In this document: positions 29,260 through 38,346 of the stretch, in pieces
Layout of the letters: each line of letters starts with the position of its first letter
Numbering within the stretch: position 1 is the stretch's first letter
Assembly (NCBI GenBank): GCA_949296965.1
Contig: CASFQL010000018.1
Coordinates: 3,634-67,633 of the forward strand
Direction: 5' to 3'
Source of the DNA: an uncultured Christensenella sp.
Lineage (GTDB): Bacteria > Bacillota > Clostridia > Christensenellales > UBA1242
Length of the DNA: 64,000 bases
Notes under the pieces: model-generated
What the model was told of the DNA's origin: nothing
The model's input: the letters and a program-made list of their open reading frames with translations, nothing else
Databases searched by the model: none
Program-made: the position numbers and the translations under genes

Positions 29260-30306
29260 CTATAAACAGAGATTACATATCCCAGACCTTAAATCACGGC
29301 TTAAATCTTTTGCTCTTAAATAAACTTCATCTTGGTAAAATTTATTTAATGAATAACCTATATTTTCTTTAACTTCATCAGCAATATCTTTATCTGTAAT
29401 CTTATCAAAATCTTGTGCCAACATAATCCTGCTACCCCTACTAAAATATGTATTTAACTTAAAATCAGTCTTTACATCATTCACAATTTTTTCAACAGTG
29501 GTTGGACTATATACAGTATCAAATGGAAATCTCTTTGAATATGGAGTATCTTTTCTTCGGTAAACTCTACTAAAAACATTGTAGGCACTATTACCGCAAT
29601 TGAGCGGGACTATTGAAGAAACTTGAATGTCATCATTTTTCATTTTTGTTTTGTATACATAGTTAGTAGAATTTCTAGAACTATTGAGCAAAGTTGTGTC
29701 AAGTAAACCCATTTTAATTTTCTCAACGACAGCATTTGTTGAAAAAAGCGAAATGTATTCAGTATTATTTTTTAAAAACAATGAACTCATTATTCTATTT
29801 TTTTTGTCAAAAGAAAACCCTTTTCTATCTTCTTTTTTTGCACTAAAATAGTATTTTAATTTTTCGTAATTTGGCATACTATCATCACTAACCAAATGCG
29901 AACAAACCTTATTAAAATCTCGTGCTAAAATATCTTCATCGCTGTAAGCAAATGAAGGCAAGCCCTGTCTATCCAAATTTAAGTAATTTTCTAAACTTCC
30001 CTTATTTTTTATCATTACATTACAAGCAAGATAATCTATACCACACTTTCTAACCATAAAATAAACGGGAGTAGTAAGACCAAATTTTGAATAGTATTGA
30101 GAAAAGAAAATTTGTGCATCGCAATATTCTTTTGACACAGAATAAAGCAAATAACTACCTAAATCGCAGTCTAAACGCAATAATTTGTCATTAATGGTAG
30201 TTATATTTCCGTTTTCCTTTTTTATAAAATCTGTTTTATCTAAATCTAATACACCATCGTTAGAAAATTTGTCTTTATACTTAGTTATTATACTATTATC
30301 AACCAT
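29260..30306 (-). CDS. island paralog 1 (hypothetical, 348 aa)
   Basis: SD AGGAG upstream. Motif A is DAQIFFSQYYSKFGLTTPVYFMV, motif B VEKIKMGLLDTTLLNSSRNSTNYVY and motif C DIADEVKENIGYSLNKFYQDEVY. Confidence 0.75.
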   Translation of the reverse strand: MVDNSIITKYKDKFSNDGVLDLDKTDFIKKENGNITTINDKLLRLDCDLGSYLLYSVSKEYCDAQIFFSQYYSKFGLTTPVYFMVRKCGIDYLACNVMIKNKGSLENYLNLDRQGLPSFAYSDEDILARDFNKVCSHLVSDDSMPNYEKLKYYFSAKKEDRKGFSFDKKNRIMSSLFLKNNTEYISLFSTNAVVEKIKMGLLDTTLLNSSRNSTNYVYKTKMKNDDIQVSSIVPLNCGNSAYNVFSRVYRRKDTPYSKRFPFDTVYSPTTVEKIVNDVKTDFKLNTYFSRGSRIMLAQDFDKITDKDIADEVKENIGYSLNKFYQDEVYLRAKDLSRDLRSGICNLCL

Positions 30307-30318
30307 TTTATCTCCTAA

Positions 30319-30963
30319 TTAAAATTTACTCTTATCGTCAATATCATCATCAAAAATTGGAGCAAGATACATCATTGCAAGTCGTCTTTCTTTTGCAAGT
30401 TCAGCATCTCTCCTTGCAATTTGTGCCCTATACTCAGCCTTTTTTATCTGTTCTTCTTCTTCATTTAATTGCTTTTTAATTTTCTCTCTTTTCTTAGATA
30501 AAGCCCTTTTGTCTTTTTCAACTTTTAAAAACATCTTTTTTGCTTTTTCAAATTTTCGTATTTCTTCGGTATTTTCAAGTGTGATATTATATTTTTTTCT
30601 TTCATAAATTGGAAGTGCTTTCTTAACCTTTTCTTCTAGCGTAGCAAGTCTAAATTTCATTGCCTTTAAACTGTCAATAAGTCTGTCAAGCAGGTCTATT
30701 TCTCCTTTACAACTATAAATTACACTAACCCCATTCTCATCTTTTGATAAAACTTTCTCATCTTCTCTATCACTATACTCTTTTCTAAACCTTTCATAAG
30801 TCAATATGAGATTGTCAAGTTGTGCTTTTTCGGCTTGTATCTCAATTTGTCTTTTTTGCAACTGCTCAATGTTTTTTTGAGCAACTTTATAGGCAGTTTC
30901 ATTATCAACACTTCTGTCTGTCAAATATCCTATGATGCCTTTTTCTTTTAATTCTTTAAACAT
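30319..30963 (-). CDS. coiled-coil protein (hypothetical, ~214 aa), first gene of the island
   Basis: The ATG at 30963 is preceded by AAGAGAGG, so the ORF-track TTG at 30987 is an extension. The protein is highly charged and heptad-rich (QLQKRQIEIQAEKAQLDNL; KKQLNEEEEQIKKAEYRAQIARRDAELAKERR). Confidence 0.65.
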   Translation of the reverse strand: MFKELKEKGIIGYLTDRSVDNETAYKVAQKNIEQLQKRQIEIQAEKAQLDNLILTYERFRKEYSDREDEKVLSKDENGVSVIYSCKGEIDLLDRLIDSLKAMKFRLATLEEKVKKALPIYERKKYNITLENTEEIRKFEKAKKMFLKVEKDKRALSKKREKIKKQLNEEEEQIKKAEYRAQIARRDAELAKERRLAMMYLAPIFDDDIDDKSKF

Positions 30964-30991
30964 AAAGACCTCTCTTTCTAAGAACAAAAAT

Positions 30992-31020
30992 ATTATACTC
31001 TAATAGCAAATTTTTTTCAA
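30992..31020 (-). promoter_or_regulatory. putative sigma-A promoter of the island operon
   Basis: The minus strand reads TTGAAA-17 nt-TATAAT, about 30 nt upstream of the ATG at 30963. Confidence 0.5.
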
Positions 31021-31100
31021 GAGTTAAAATATTCTTATATATTTTGACATAAAATAACAAAATATTACAAAGAATTTATACAATTAATTTATTTTAAAAT

Positions 31101-31138
31101 TAAAAAAGACTAGAATTTTTTAAATCTAGCCTTTTTTG
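31101..31138 (-). terminator. putative terminator downstream of hemW
   Basis: On the minus strand, GGCTAGA-loop-TCTAGTC is followed by TTTTTTAATTTT. Confidence 0.45.
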
Positions 31139-31140
31139 TT

Positions 31141-31260
31141 AACTTTTATTAAGTTTTATTATATTTTATTATGTTTTATTATCTTTTACTATGTTTTATT
31201 AATTTTTGTTATTTTTTATTATATTTTATTAGATTTTAACATTTTCTATTAGTTTTTTCA
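31141..31260. repeat. strictly 10-bp-phased T-tract array, 12 units (A-N-N-TTTTATT)
   Basis: The units are aacttttatt aagttttatt atattttatt atgttttatt atcttttact atgttttatt aatttttgtt attttttatt atattttatt agattttaac attttctatt agttttttca. The register is exact over 120 bp. Confidence 0.9.
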
Positions 31261-31274
31261 TAAAATGCTTTTCT

Positions 31275-32414
31275 TTATAATAACTTTAAAACAATACTAT
31301 CCAATACATAGTAAGCATTTTCACATACTTTTATTCTTCCGTTCCTTAATGAAATAAAGCCATGGCTACATAGAAATTCAATCTCATCTTTTTTATCTCT
31401 TACAATATGTGTTCCAAAATTATAATCTAAGTCTTCAATACTAATTCCATACTTTGTTCTAAGTCCTAGCATAATAGTCTCTTCCTTTCGCATTTGTAAA
31501 GTAAGTTTCTCTTTTGAAACAACAGGAATTATATCATCTCTTAAATTCTCAATATACAAATCAAAATCTTCGGTATTGTTAAACCTAGTTTCTTCCATAT
31601 AAGAATGTGAAGAAAGTCCAAATCCTAAATATTCTCCAACTGACCAATAGTTTAGGTTATGTTTACACTCATAGTCCGGGAGTGCAAAATTAGATACTTC
31701 ATATCTTTTTATTCCCGCCTTATTAAGCAAACTATAAACGGCATTATACATATCAATAGTTTCATCTTCTGTTGGGAAAGGAATATTTTGTTCAAGCGAC
31801 ATATTAAATAATTTTGTGCCTTCTTCCAAAATTAGTGAGTAACAAGAAATATGTTTAATCTTACTTTTAATTAAATATCTAGCCATCTTTTTAACATCAC
31901 TTAGAGTTTGATATGGAAGACCTATCATCATATCTACATTTATATTATCAAAACCACATTTTTTAACGAGTTTAATTGCGTTTTTAAGTTGTTTTGAGTT
32001 ATGGCGTCTACCTATAAAACTTAACACTTTATCATTAAGTGATTGTCCACCAATACTTATTCTATTAACTCCAATAAGTTTATATTCTCTTAGTTTGTCT
32101 TCCGTAATATTATCTGGGTTACATTCAAGCGTAATCTCCGCATCTTTAACTACTTTAAAATTGTTTTTAATTTCTAAAACAATTCTAGTCATTTCCCCCT
32201 GTTCCAACTCACTAGGCGTTCCGCCACCAAAATAGATTGAGATAACTTTATAGAAATTACCATATTCCTTTGCTCTAAGTCTTATTTCCTTGCAAAGCAT
32301 ATCAACATACTCTTTTTTTCTATTTTCCTTATCGCAAAAGGATACAAATGAACAATAATTACATTTTTCCCCACTACAAAATGGGATATGAACATATAAA
32401 GATAGAGTTTTCAT
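31275..32414 (-). CDS. hemW: radical SAM heme chaperone HemW (HemN-like, oxygen-independent coproporphyrinogen oxidase family)
   Basis: N-terminal YVHIPFCSGEKCNYCSF and a 379 aa length. It lies immediately downstream of lepA as in Bacillus. Confidence 0.85.
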   Translation of the reverse strand: MKTLSLYVHIPFCSGEKCNYCSFVSFCDKENRKKEYVDMLCKEIRLRAKEYGNFYKVISIYFGGGTPSELEQGEMTRIVLEIKNNFKVVKDAEITLECNPDNITEDKLREYKLIGVNRISIGGQSLNDKVLSFIGRRHNSKQLKNAIKLVKKCGFDNINVDMMIGLPYQTLSDVKKMARYLIKSKIKHISCYSLILEEGTKLFNMSLEQNIPFPTEDETIDMYNAVYSLLNKAGIKRYEVSNFALPDYECKHNLNYWSVGEYLGFGLSSHSYMEETRFNNTEDFDLYIENLRDDIIPVVSKEKLTLQMRKEETIMLGLRTKYGISIEDLDYNFGTHIVRDKKDEIEFLCSHGFISLRNGRIKVCENAYYVLDSIVLKLL

Positions 32415-32415
32415 A

Positions 32416-34212
32416 TTAATCTAATTTGAGAATACTCATAAAGGCTTCGCTTGGTATTTCAACCGAACCCACCTGACGCATTCTCTTTTTCCCCTCCTTT
32501 TGTTTTTCTAAGAGTTTTCTCTTTCTTGTTATATCTCCGCCGTAACACTTAGCAAGAACATCTTTTCTCATAGCCTTAACAGTTTCTCTTGCAATAACTT
32601 TATTGCCTATACACGCTTGAATTGGCAATTCAAAAAGTTGTCTTGGAATAACTTGTTTTAATTTTTCTGCAAGTTTTTTACCTCTTTCATAAGCGTTATC
32701 TCTATGAACAATAATACTTAAAGCATCACACTTCTCATTGTTTAATAAAATATCTAACTTAACTAAATCACTCTTAACATACTTGTTTACATCATAATCA
32801 AGGCTCGCATAACCCCTTGAACGAGATTTTAACCCGTCAAAAAAATCATAAACAATCTCATTAAGTGGTATGTCATATTTGAGCAAAACTCTATTAGTGT
32901 CAAGGTATTGCATATCAAGGTATATTCCTCTTTTATTTTGACATAACTCCATAATATTCCCAACATATTCAGGCGGAGTGTAAATACTGACACTTGCAAT
33001 AGGTTCTTCTATTCTATCTATATCAGTAACAGGTGGCAAGACTGAGGGGTTAGAAACTTCTAACATACTTCCGTCCGTCTTATAAACATTATAACTAACA
33101 CTTGGGGCGGTTGTGATGATATCAAGGTTAAATTCCCTTTCAAGTCTTTCAGTTATGATTTCCAAATGTAGCAAACCCAAAAACCCACACCTAAAACCAA
33201 ACCCTAATGCCGTTGAAGTTTCTGGGGTATAATGAATTGAATCGTCGTTTAGTTTTAACTTTTCTAGTGCATCTTTTAAGTCATTGTATCTTGCCCCGTC
33301 CGTTAAAAAAATTCCACAGTAAACCATCGGTTTTATATCTTTATAGCCATCTAGTGGCTTTTCGGTTGGATTATCTGCATAGGTTATAGTATCGCCCACC
33401 TTTGTTTCTGCAACTTTTTTTATGCTCGCACAAACATAACCAACACTACCACTTTGCAAAACTTCAACAGGCTTAGGACTTGGAGTGAAAACGCCAACTT
33501 CCGTAACTTCATAAACAAGTCCCGTTCTCATCATTTTAATTTTAGTGCCTTGTTCTATTTTCCCATCAAAAACTCTAACTAGACTTACCGCTCCTTTAAA
33601 ATTATCATAATAACTATCAAATATAAGTGCCTTTAACGGCTTGTCATTATTACCTTTTGGACTAGGGATATTTACGATGATTGACTCCAAAACTTTGTCA
33701 ATATTTATACCTTCCTTTGCTGAAATTAGCGGTGCGTCCTTGCAAGAAATGCCGATAACATCTTCAATTTCTTTTTTTACTTCATCAACTCTTGCGCTAG
33801 GTAAATCAATTTTATTAATAACTGGAATTATAGTTAAATCATTTTCAAGTGCCAAATAAACATTAGCAAGTGTTTGAGCCTCAACTCCCTGAGTTGCATC
33901 AACCACTAAAATTGCCCCTTCGCACGCTTTAAGAGAACGCGAAACTTCATAGGTAAAGTCCACATGCCCGGGGGTGTCAATAAGATTTAAAGTATATTCT
34001 TCCCCATCATAATTGTAAAACATACGAGTCGGGGTTAATTTTATAGTAATACCCCTTTCCCTTTCTATATCCATACTATCAAGCACTTGCTCAGTAAGTT
34101 CTCTTTTAGACAAGGTCCCTGTCATTTCAATAAGTCTATCAGCAAGGGTGCTTTTACCGTGGTCAATATGTGCGATAATACAAAAATTTCTAATCTTATC
34201 CAAACTTGTCAT
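32416..34212 (-). CDS. lepA: elongation factor 4 (LepA)
   Basis: G-domain [23 protein letters not shown] and NKID, with the LepA-specific C-terminus. Confidence 0.97.
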   Translation of the reverse strand: MTSLDKIRNFCIIAHIDHGKSTLADRLIEMTGTLSKRELTEQVLDSMDIERERGITIKLTPTRMFYNYDGEEYTLNLIDTPGHVDFTYEVSRSLKACEGAILVVDATQGVEAQTLANVYLALENDLTIIPVINKIDLPSARVDEVKKEIEDVIGISCKDAPLISAKEGINIDKVLESIIVNIPSPKGNNDKPLKALIFDSYYDNFKGAVSLVRVFDGKIEQGTKIKMMRTGLVYEVTEVGVFTPSPKPVEVLQSGSVGYVCASIKKVAETKVGDTITYADNPTEKPLDGYKDIKPMVYCGIFLTDGARYNDLKDALEKLKLNDDSIHYTPETSTALGFGFRCGFLGLLHLEIITERLEREFNLDIITTAPSVSYNVYKTDGSMLEVSNPSVLPPVTDIDRIEEPIASVSIYTPPEYVGNIMELCQNKRGIYLDMQYLDTNRVLLKYDIPLNEIVYDFFDGLKSRSRGYASLDYDVNKYVKSDLVKLDILLNNEKCDALSIIVHRDNAYERGKKLAEKLKQVIPRQLFELPIQACIGNKVIARETVKAMRKDVLAKCYGGDITRKRKLLEKQKEGKKRMRQVGSVEIPSEAFMSILKLD

Positions 34213-34379
34213 ATATAATTTATTATAAAATAACTAAAACAATATTACAACTAAATTTGCAAATAAAATTTTTCACAAAAAATGTTAAAGCAAATTTAAG
34301 GTAGCATTTTAACAAATTTTGTAACCAACAAAACTAAAAAATAAAAATAATTCAACTTTTTGCAAAGAATGAAATATAT

Positions 34380-34640
34380 AAAAAATTAGATAAATAAAAT
34401 AAATAGGAAATAAAGATAAATAAAATTAAAAAGTAGATAAATTATCAAATAATTAAACACAATAAAAATAAATATTTAATAAGCAAAATAGATAAAAATA
34501 AGGACTAATAAAAAAAACTAATAAAAGTAAAAAAACAAATGTAGAAATAAAAGTAAAAAATAAAGTTAAATAAGAACTAGTTAGAAAAAAATAAATAAGA
34601 ATAAATAAATAATAAATAAGAATAAAATAACAAAACTTAA
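34380..34640. repeat. A-tract-rich quasi-periodic region (AATAAATAAG-type units)
   Basis: GATAAATAAAA and AATAAATAAG units recur. The clearest 10-11 bp phasing is at 34591-34630, which is the reverse complement of the CTTATTTATT type. Confidence 0.5.
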
Positions 34641-34847
34641 TAAAAAAACTAATTGACTATTTAATCTAAAAATCAATTAGTTATTTATTAAAGTTAATTT
34701 TAATAAAAACTCTTTTACAATAAATTTTAAAATATAAATAACAAATTTTAAAGTGTTAATAATAAATTTTAAAGTGTAAAAACTTTATCTCAAAAACAAA
34801 AGTATTGCTACTAACAATTTTCATTTTTACTTAACGACGACAAATTC

Positions 34848-34948
34848 AAATTTTGTGCCAAAAGTGTTAACTTTTGAATTAAAATTTAACTTAGTTAAAT
34901 TTTAATAGTTGATATTTTGCAAAGTAAAATATCAACAGCACAAAATTT
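34848..34948. repeat. cloverleaf-type intergenic repeat, copy 3
   Basis: Outer stem AAATTTTGTGC/GCACAAAATTT encloses CAAAAGT-GTTA-ACTTTTG, ATTAAAATTTAAC-TTA-GTTAAATTTTAAT and GTTGATATTTT-loop-AAAATATCAAC. It overlaps the stop codon of the phosphodiesterase gene by 2 nt. Confidence 0.85.
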
Positions 34949-35681
34949 ATATTCTAGGAATAAAATTCTCAAAGATAATATTATCGCAATATTTAACAAC
35001 TTTCATATAATCTGCTTGACTTTGAACAGGCCAAACAATAAGTGGTAAATCTTTAACTTTCTTTAAATGTCTATTTGGAACTTCGTCCCACTTATAAGCG
35101 ATAAAATCAGGGTTAGCAGTTTTTTTACTAAGGGCAATTCTTCTAAGAAATAAACGCTTTAAAAGACCTATTTTCTCATTTTTTAAGGAAGAAGATAGTT
35201 GCCCTCGCTTTATTTCTGGGGCATTTTGTAAAAACCACCTAAGACTAAAAGGATTAAAACTCATTATCGCAAATTCGCCCTTATAATCTTTTAAAATCTC
35301 ATACACTCTTTTCTCAAAAGAAGTTGACAAATTGCCATTTTTTATCTCAATCAAAAGTGGAACTTGCCCATTTACAAAATCAAGTGTTTCTTTAAGAGTT
35401 GGAATTGTTTGAGTAGTGTCAAGCAATCTATATGTCTTTAACTCTTTTTCATCTTTTATATGTTTTACATAGCCGTCTTTACCTGTTAATCTCATAAGAG
35501 TAGAGTCGTGGTAAACGACAGGTGTGCCATCTTCAATAGGCTGAATATCAAGTTCTATTGGGTAATCTCTCTCTATTGCCTTTTTAAAAGATAACAAACT
35601 ATTTTCAGGGGCTTCCTTATCGTGCAGACCACGATGGGCAATAAATCTCGTTACTATCCAACTTTCAAAAATATCTTCCAT
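34947..35681 (-). CDS. glycerophosphodiester phosphodiesterase family protein
   Basis: GDPD motifs IAHRGL...APENSL and IELDIQ. Confidence 0.85.
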   Translation of the reverse strand: MEDIFESWIVTRFIAHRGLHDKEAPENSLLSFKKAIERDYPIELDIQPIEDGTPVVYHDSTLMRLTGKDGYVKHIKDEKELKTYRLLDTTQTIPTLKETLDFVNGQVPLLIEIKNGNLSTSFEKRVYEILKDYKGEFAIMSFNPFSLRWFLQNAPEIKRGQLSSSLKNEKIGLLKRLFLRRIALSKKTANPDFIAYKWDEVPNRHLKKVKDLPLIVWPVQSQADYMKVVKYCDNIIFENFIPRI

Positions 35682-35839
35682 ATTTAACCTCTATATGAGT
35701 TATTTATTCTTACGATTGTAAATTATACCATTTTTTCTACTTTTCTCAAACAAATTTTACAAAAAAATTGTTTTTTTACTCATTTTAAAAGGTTTTTTAT
35801 TAAAATCTTAAATTTTATAATCTATTTTATATAAAACAA

Positions 35840-36832
35840 TTAATTAGGAACAGGACAGTTATTTTCATCATAACTCCACTCCCCTGCCCAATAGACAGGT
35901 CCATCACTATAATTCCAATTACTATTCCACCCACTAGGCTTGCTACTTACTTCGCAATATATTGTTAAACTGCTACAAAATTGAAATACAGAAGAACCTA
36001 TACTTATTACTCCACTTAGAATTACTATACTTGTTAAACTACTACAATATCGAAATGCATAATCACCTATACTTGTTATGCTATTTGGAATTTCTACATT
36101 CACTAAATTTGAACAATTATAAAACACTCCAGTTGAAGAACTAGCACTTATAATATTAGACATTGAGTTTGGGAGCACTATACTTGTTATATTGCTTTCT
36201 TTAAAGCCCGCCTCCGATAGACTTGTTACACTATGCGAAATAATAATATCAGTTGCCCCATTTATAATACCACTTTTATCACCCGTCGAGCAGTTTGGGG
36301 TTAAGTAGGTTGGGGTTAGATAAGTAAAGTCACTATTTGGAACATCATACCAATATTCTTGTGTCGGAGTTGATATGTAATATTTTTTACTATCAAAATT
36401 TACTCCATTTATTGAGTTATATGTAGTTGAACTATTTAAACTACCATTTACATTTAAATTAAAGTTAACATTTAATTGTATTTCACTTACTTTTTCAAAA
36501 TAATAAAACCCTGCCCCGTCGCTATTTGTTATATCATTCATATTTGTAGTCGTGCCATTACTTACTATTGGAGTTACACCCGTTAATTTAAACTTAGTTT
36601 TATCGCTATTGTATACAACCGCAGTATCTTCAACTGCTTGTGTAGAATTAACTCCATCATAACTAAGTTGTATTGGACTATATTTGTATGTTGCAGATAT
36701 ATCTGTTTGAATATTTTGCATAGTTGCAGAAAAAACAACAACCGCCGTTGTAATCGCTAAACAAATTAAGGCAATCAATAAAAATATTAATAATTGAATA
36801 CTCCTTTTTTCACTTTTTCTCCATCTGCACAC
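35840..36832 (-). CDS. BspA-type leucine-rich-repeat surface protein with N-terminal membrane anchor
   Basis: N-terminal TM IQLLIFLLIALICLAITTAVVVF and C-terminal LRR units (IPNSITSIGDYAFRYCSSLTSIVILSGVISIGSSVFQFCSSLT). The GTG start is uncertain. Confidence 0.7.
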   Translation of the reverse strand: MCRWRKSEKRSIQLLIFLLIALICLAITTAVVVFSATMQNIQTDISATYKYSPIQLSYDGVNSTQAVEDTAVVYNSDKTKFKLTGVTPIVSNGTTTNMNDITNSDGAGFYYFEKVSEIQLNVNFNLNVNGSLNSSTTYNSINGVNFDSKKYYISTPTQEYWYDVPNSDFTYLTPTYLTPNCSTGDKSGIINGATDIIISHSVTSLSEAGFKESNITSIVLPNSMSNIISASSSTGVFYNCSNLVNVEIPNSITSIGDYAFRYCSSLTSIVILSGVISIGSSVFQFCSSLTIYCEVSSKPSGWNSNWNYSDGPVYWAGEWSYDENNCPVPN

Positions 36833-36982
36833 TCCCTACAATAAATTTTACATATACTTACAACGAATTTTGAATTCATTTACAATATATCTTCCATACA
36901 CTTACAATATATTTTGCATACATTCACAATATAATTTGCATACACTTACAATATATTTTTCATACATTCACAATATATAATA
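36829..36982. repeat. tandem array of ~22-bp repeats (CATACAYTYACAATATAWTTTG), about 7 units
   Basis: Four near-perfect units occupy 36895-36982, preceded by three degenerate units. The array fills the divergent region between the LRR gene and rarA. Confidence 0.85.
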
Positions 36983-37080
36983 ATAGTTTTTGTAATTTTT
37001 TTGCAAATAAATTAATATATTTTGACATACTTTACTTTTATTGTCATTTGTGTTATCTTTTTTATATGGAATATTTTTCA

Positions 37081-38346
37081 ATGTATAGTAACAAAAAACC
37101 TTTAAGCGAGAGAATGAGACCTACCACATTAGAAGAATTTGTAGGACAAAAGCACATTGTTTCAAAGAACTCTCTTTTAGATAGAGCAATTAGAGCACAA
37201 GTGCTAGGTAGTTGTATTTTTTATGGGCCACCCGGAACGGGCAAAACTACTCTTGCTCATATCATTGCCACTAACTCGCAAGGGGAAATTCAAAAACTCA
37301 ATGCAGTTTCTAGCGGTGTTAACGAAGCAAGAGAAATAATTGACAAGGCAAAACAGGAATTTGAATTGTTTGGCAAAAAGACATACTTATTTTTGGACGA
37401 ATGTCATAGGTGGAGCAAGGCGCAAAGTGATTGTATTTTGCAAGCCATTGAAGAAGGTCATATTATTTTTATTGGCTCTACAACCGAAAATCCCTACACT
37501 AGTATGACTCGCGCTATTGTTTCTAGGTGCAGAGTCTTTGAGTTTAAACCAATAGAAAAGAAAGATATAATTGAAGTCTTAAAAAGGGCTGTGAATGATA
37601 AAGAAAAAGGTCTAGGTGCCCTACCTGTAAAAGTTGAAGATGATGCTTATGAGTATTTTGCCTTTGCTTGTGGCGGAGATGTTAGACAGGCTATTAACGG
37701 GCTTGAACTTGCCGTTAACACTACAAATCTAAACAAAAATAAAGAAATTGTTATAACAAAAGAAGTTGCTAGTCAAAGTATTGGGACTTCTTCTTATAGT
37801 TTAGACTCAACAATGTTCTATGATATGTTGTCCGCTTTTTGTAAGAGTATTCGTGGTAGTGATTCAGATGCTGCTCTCTATTGGTCAAGTAGATTGATAA
37901 AGGCTGGCTGCGACCCTAGAATTATTGCTAGAAGACTGATTGCTCATTCTAGTGAAGATATTGGAATGGCGGATAGTAATGCACTACTACTTTCAACTTG
38001 CGCTCTAATAAGTTGCGAAAAACTAGGCTTGCCTGAGTGTTTGCTTACCCTTTCTCACGCAATTATATATGCCTGTGAAGCGGAAAAATCAAATTCGGTT
38101 TATATTGCTATGTCAAAGGCAACTAGCGATGTCGAAAATTCAAAAGATGATGCAGTCCCAAACAACTTAAAGAATCACCCTTCTATCAATGATGACAAAA
38201 CGGCTGGCTACAAATATCCACACGATTTTGGCGGATATGTTAAACAAGATTACTTGCCAAAATCTCTTAAAGATAGAGTCTACTATACTCCAAGTAATAA
38301 CGGAAAAGAAAGGGGTTTAAAGAGAAAAAAATTTGATAAAGTGTAG
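37081..38346 (+). CDS. rarA: replication-associated recombination protein RarA/MgsA (AAA+ ATPase)
   Basis: Motifs RMRPTTLEEFVGQKHIV, Walker A GPPGTGKTT and Walker B LFLDECHRW. The ATG at 37081 gives the usual short N-terminus; alternatives are 37066 ATG and 37048 TTG. Confidence 0.9.
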   Translation: MYSNKKPLSERMRPTTLEEFVGQKHIVSKNSLLDRAIRAQVLGSCIFYGPPGTGKTTLAHIIATNSQGEIQKLNAVSSGVNEAREIIDKAKQEFELFGKKTYLFLDECHRWSKAQSDCILQAIEEGHIIFIGSTTENPYTSMTRAIVSRCRVFEFKPIEKKDIIEVLKRAVNDKEKGLGALPVKVEDDAYEYFAFACGGDVRQAINGLELAVNTTNLNKNKEIVITKEVASQSIGTSSYSLDSTMFYDMLSAFCKSIRGSDSDAALYWSSRLIKAGCDPRIIARRLIAHSSEDIGMADSNALLLSTCALISCEKLGLPECLLTLSHAIIYACEAEKSNSVYIAMSKATSDVENSKDDAVPNNLKNHPSINDDKTAGYKYPHDFGGYVKQDYLPKSLKDRVYYTPSNNGKERGLKRKKFDKV

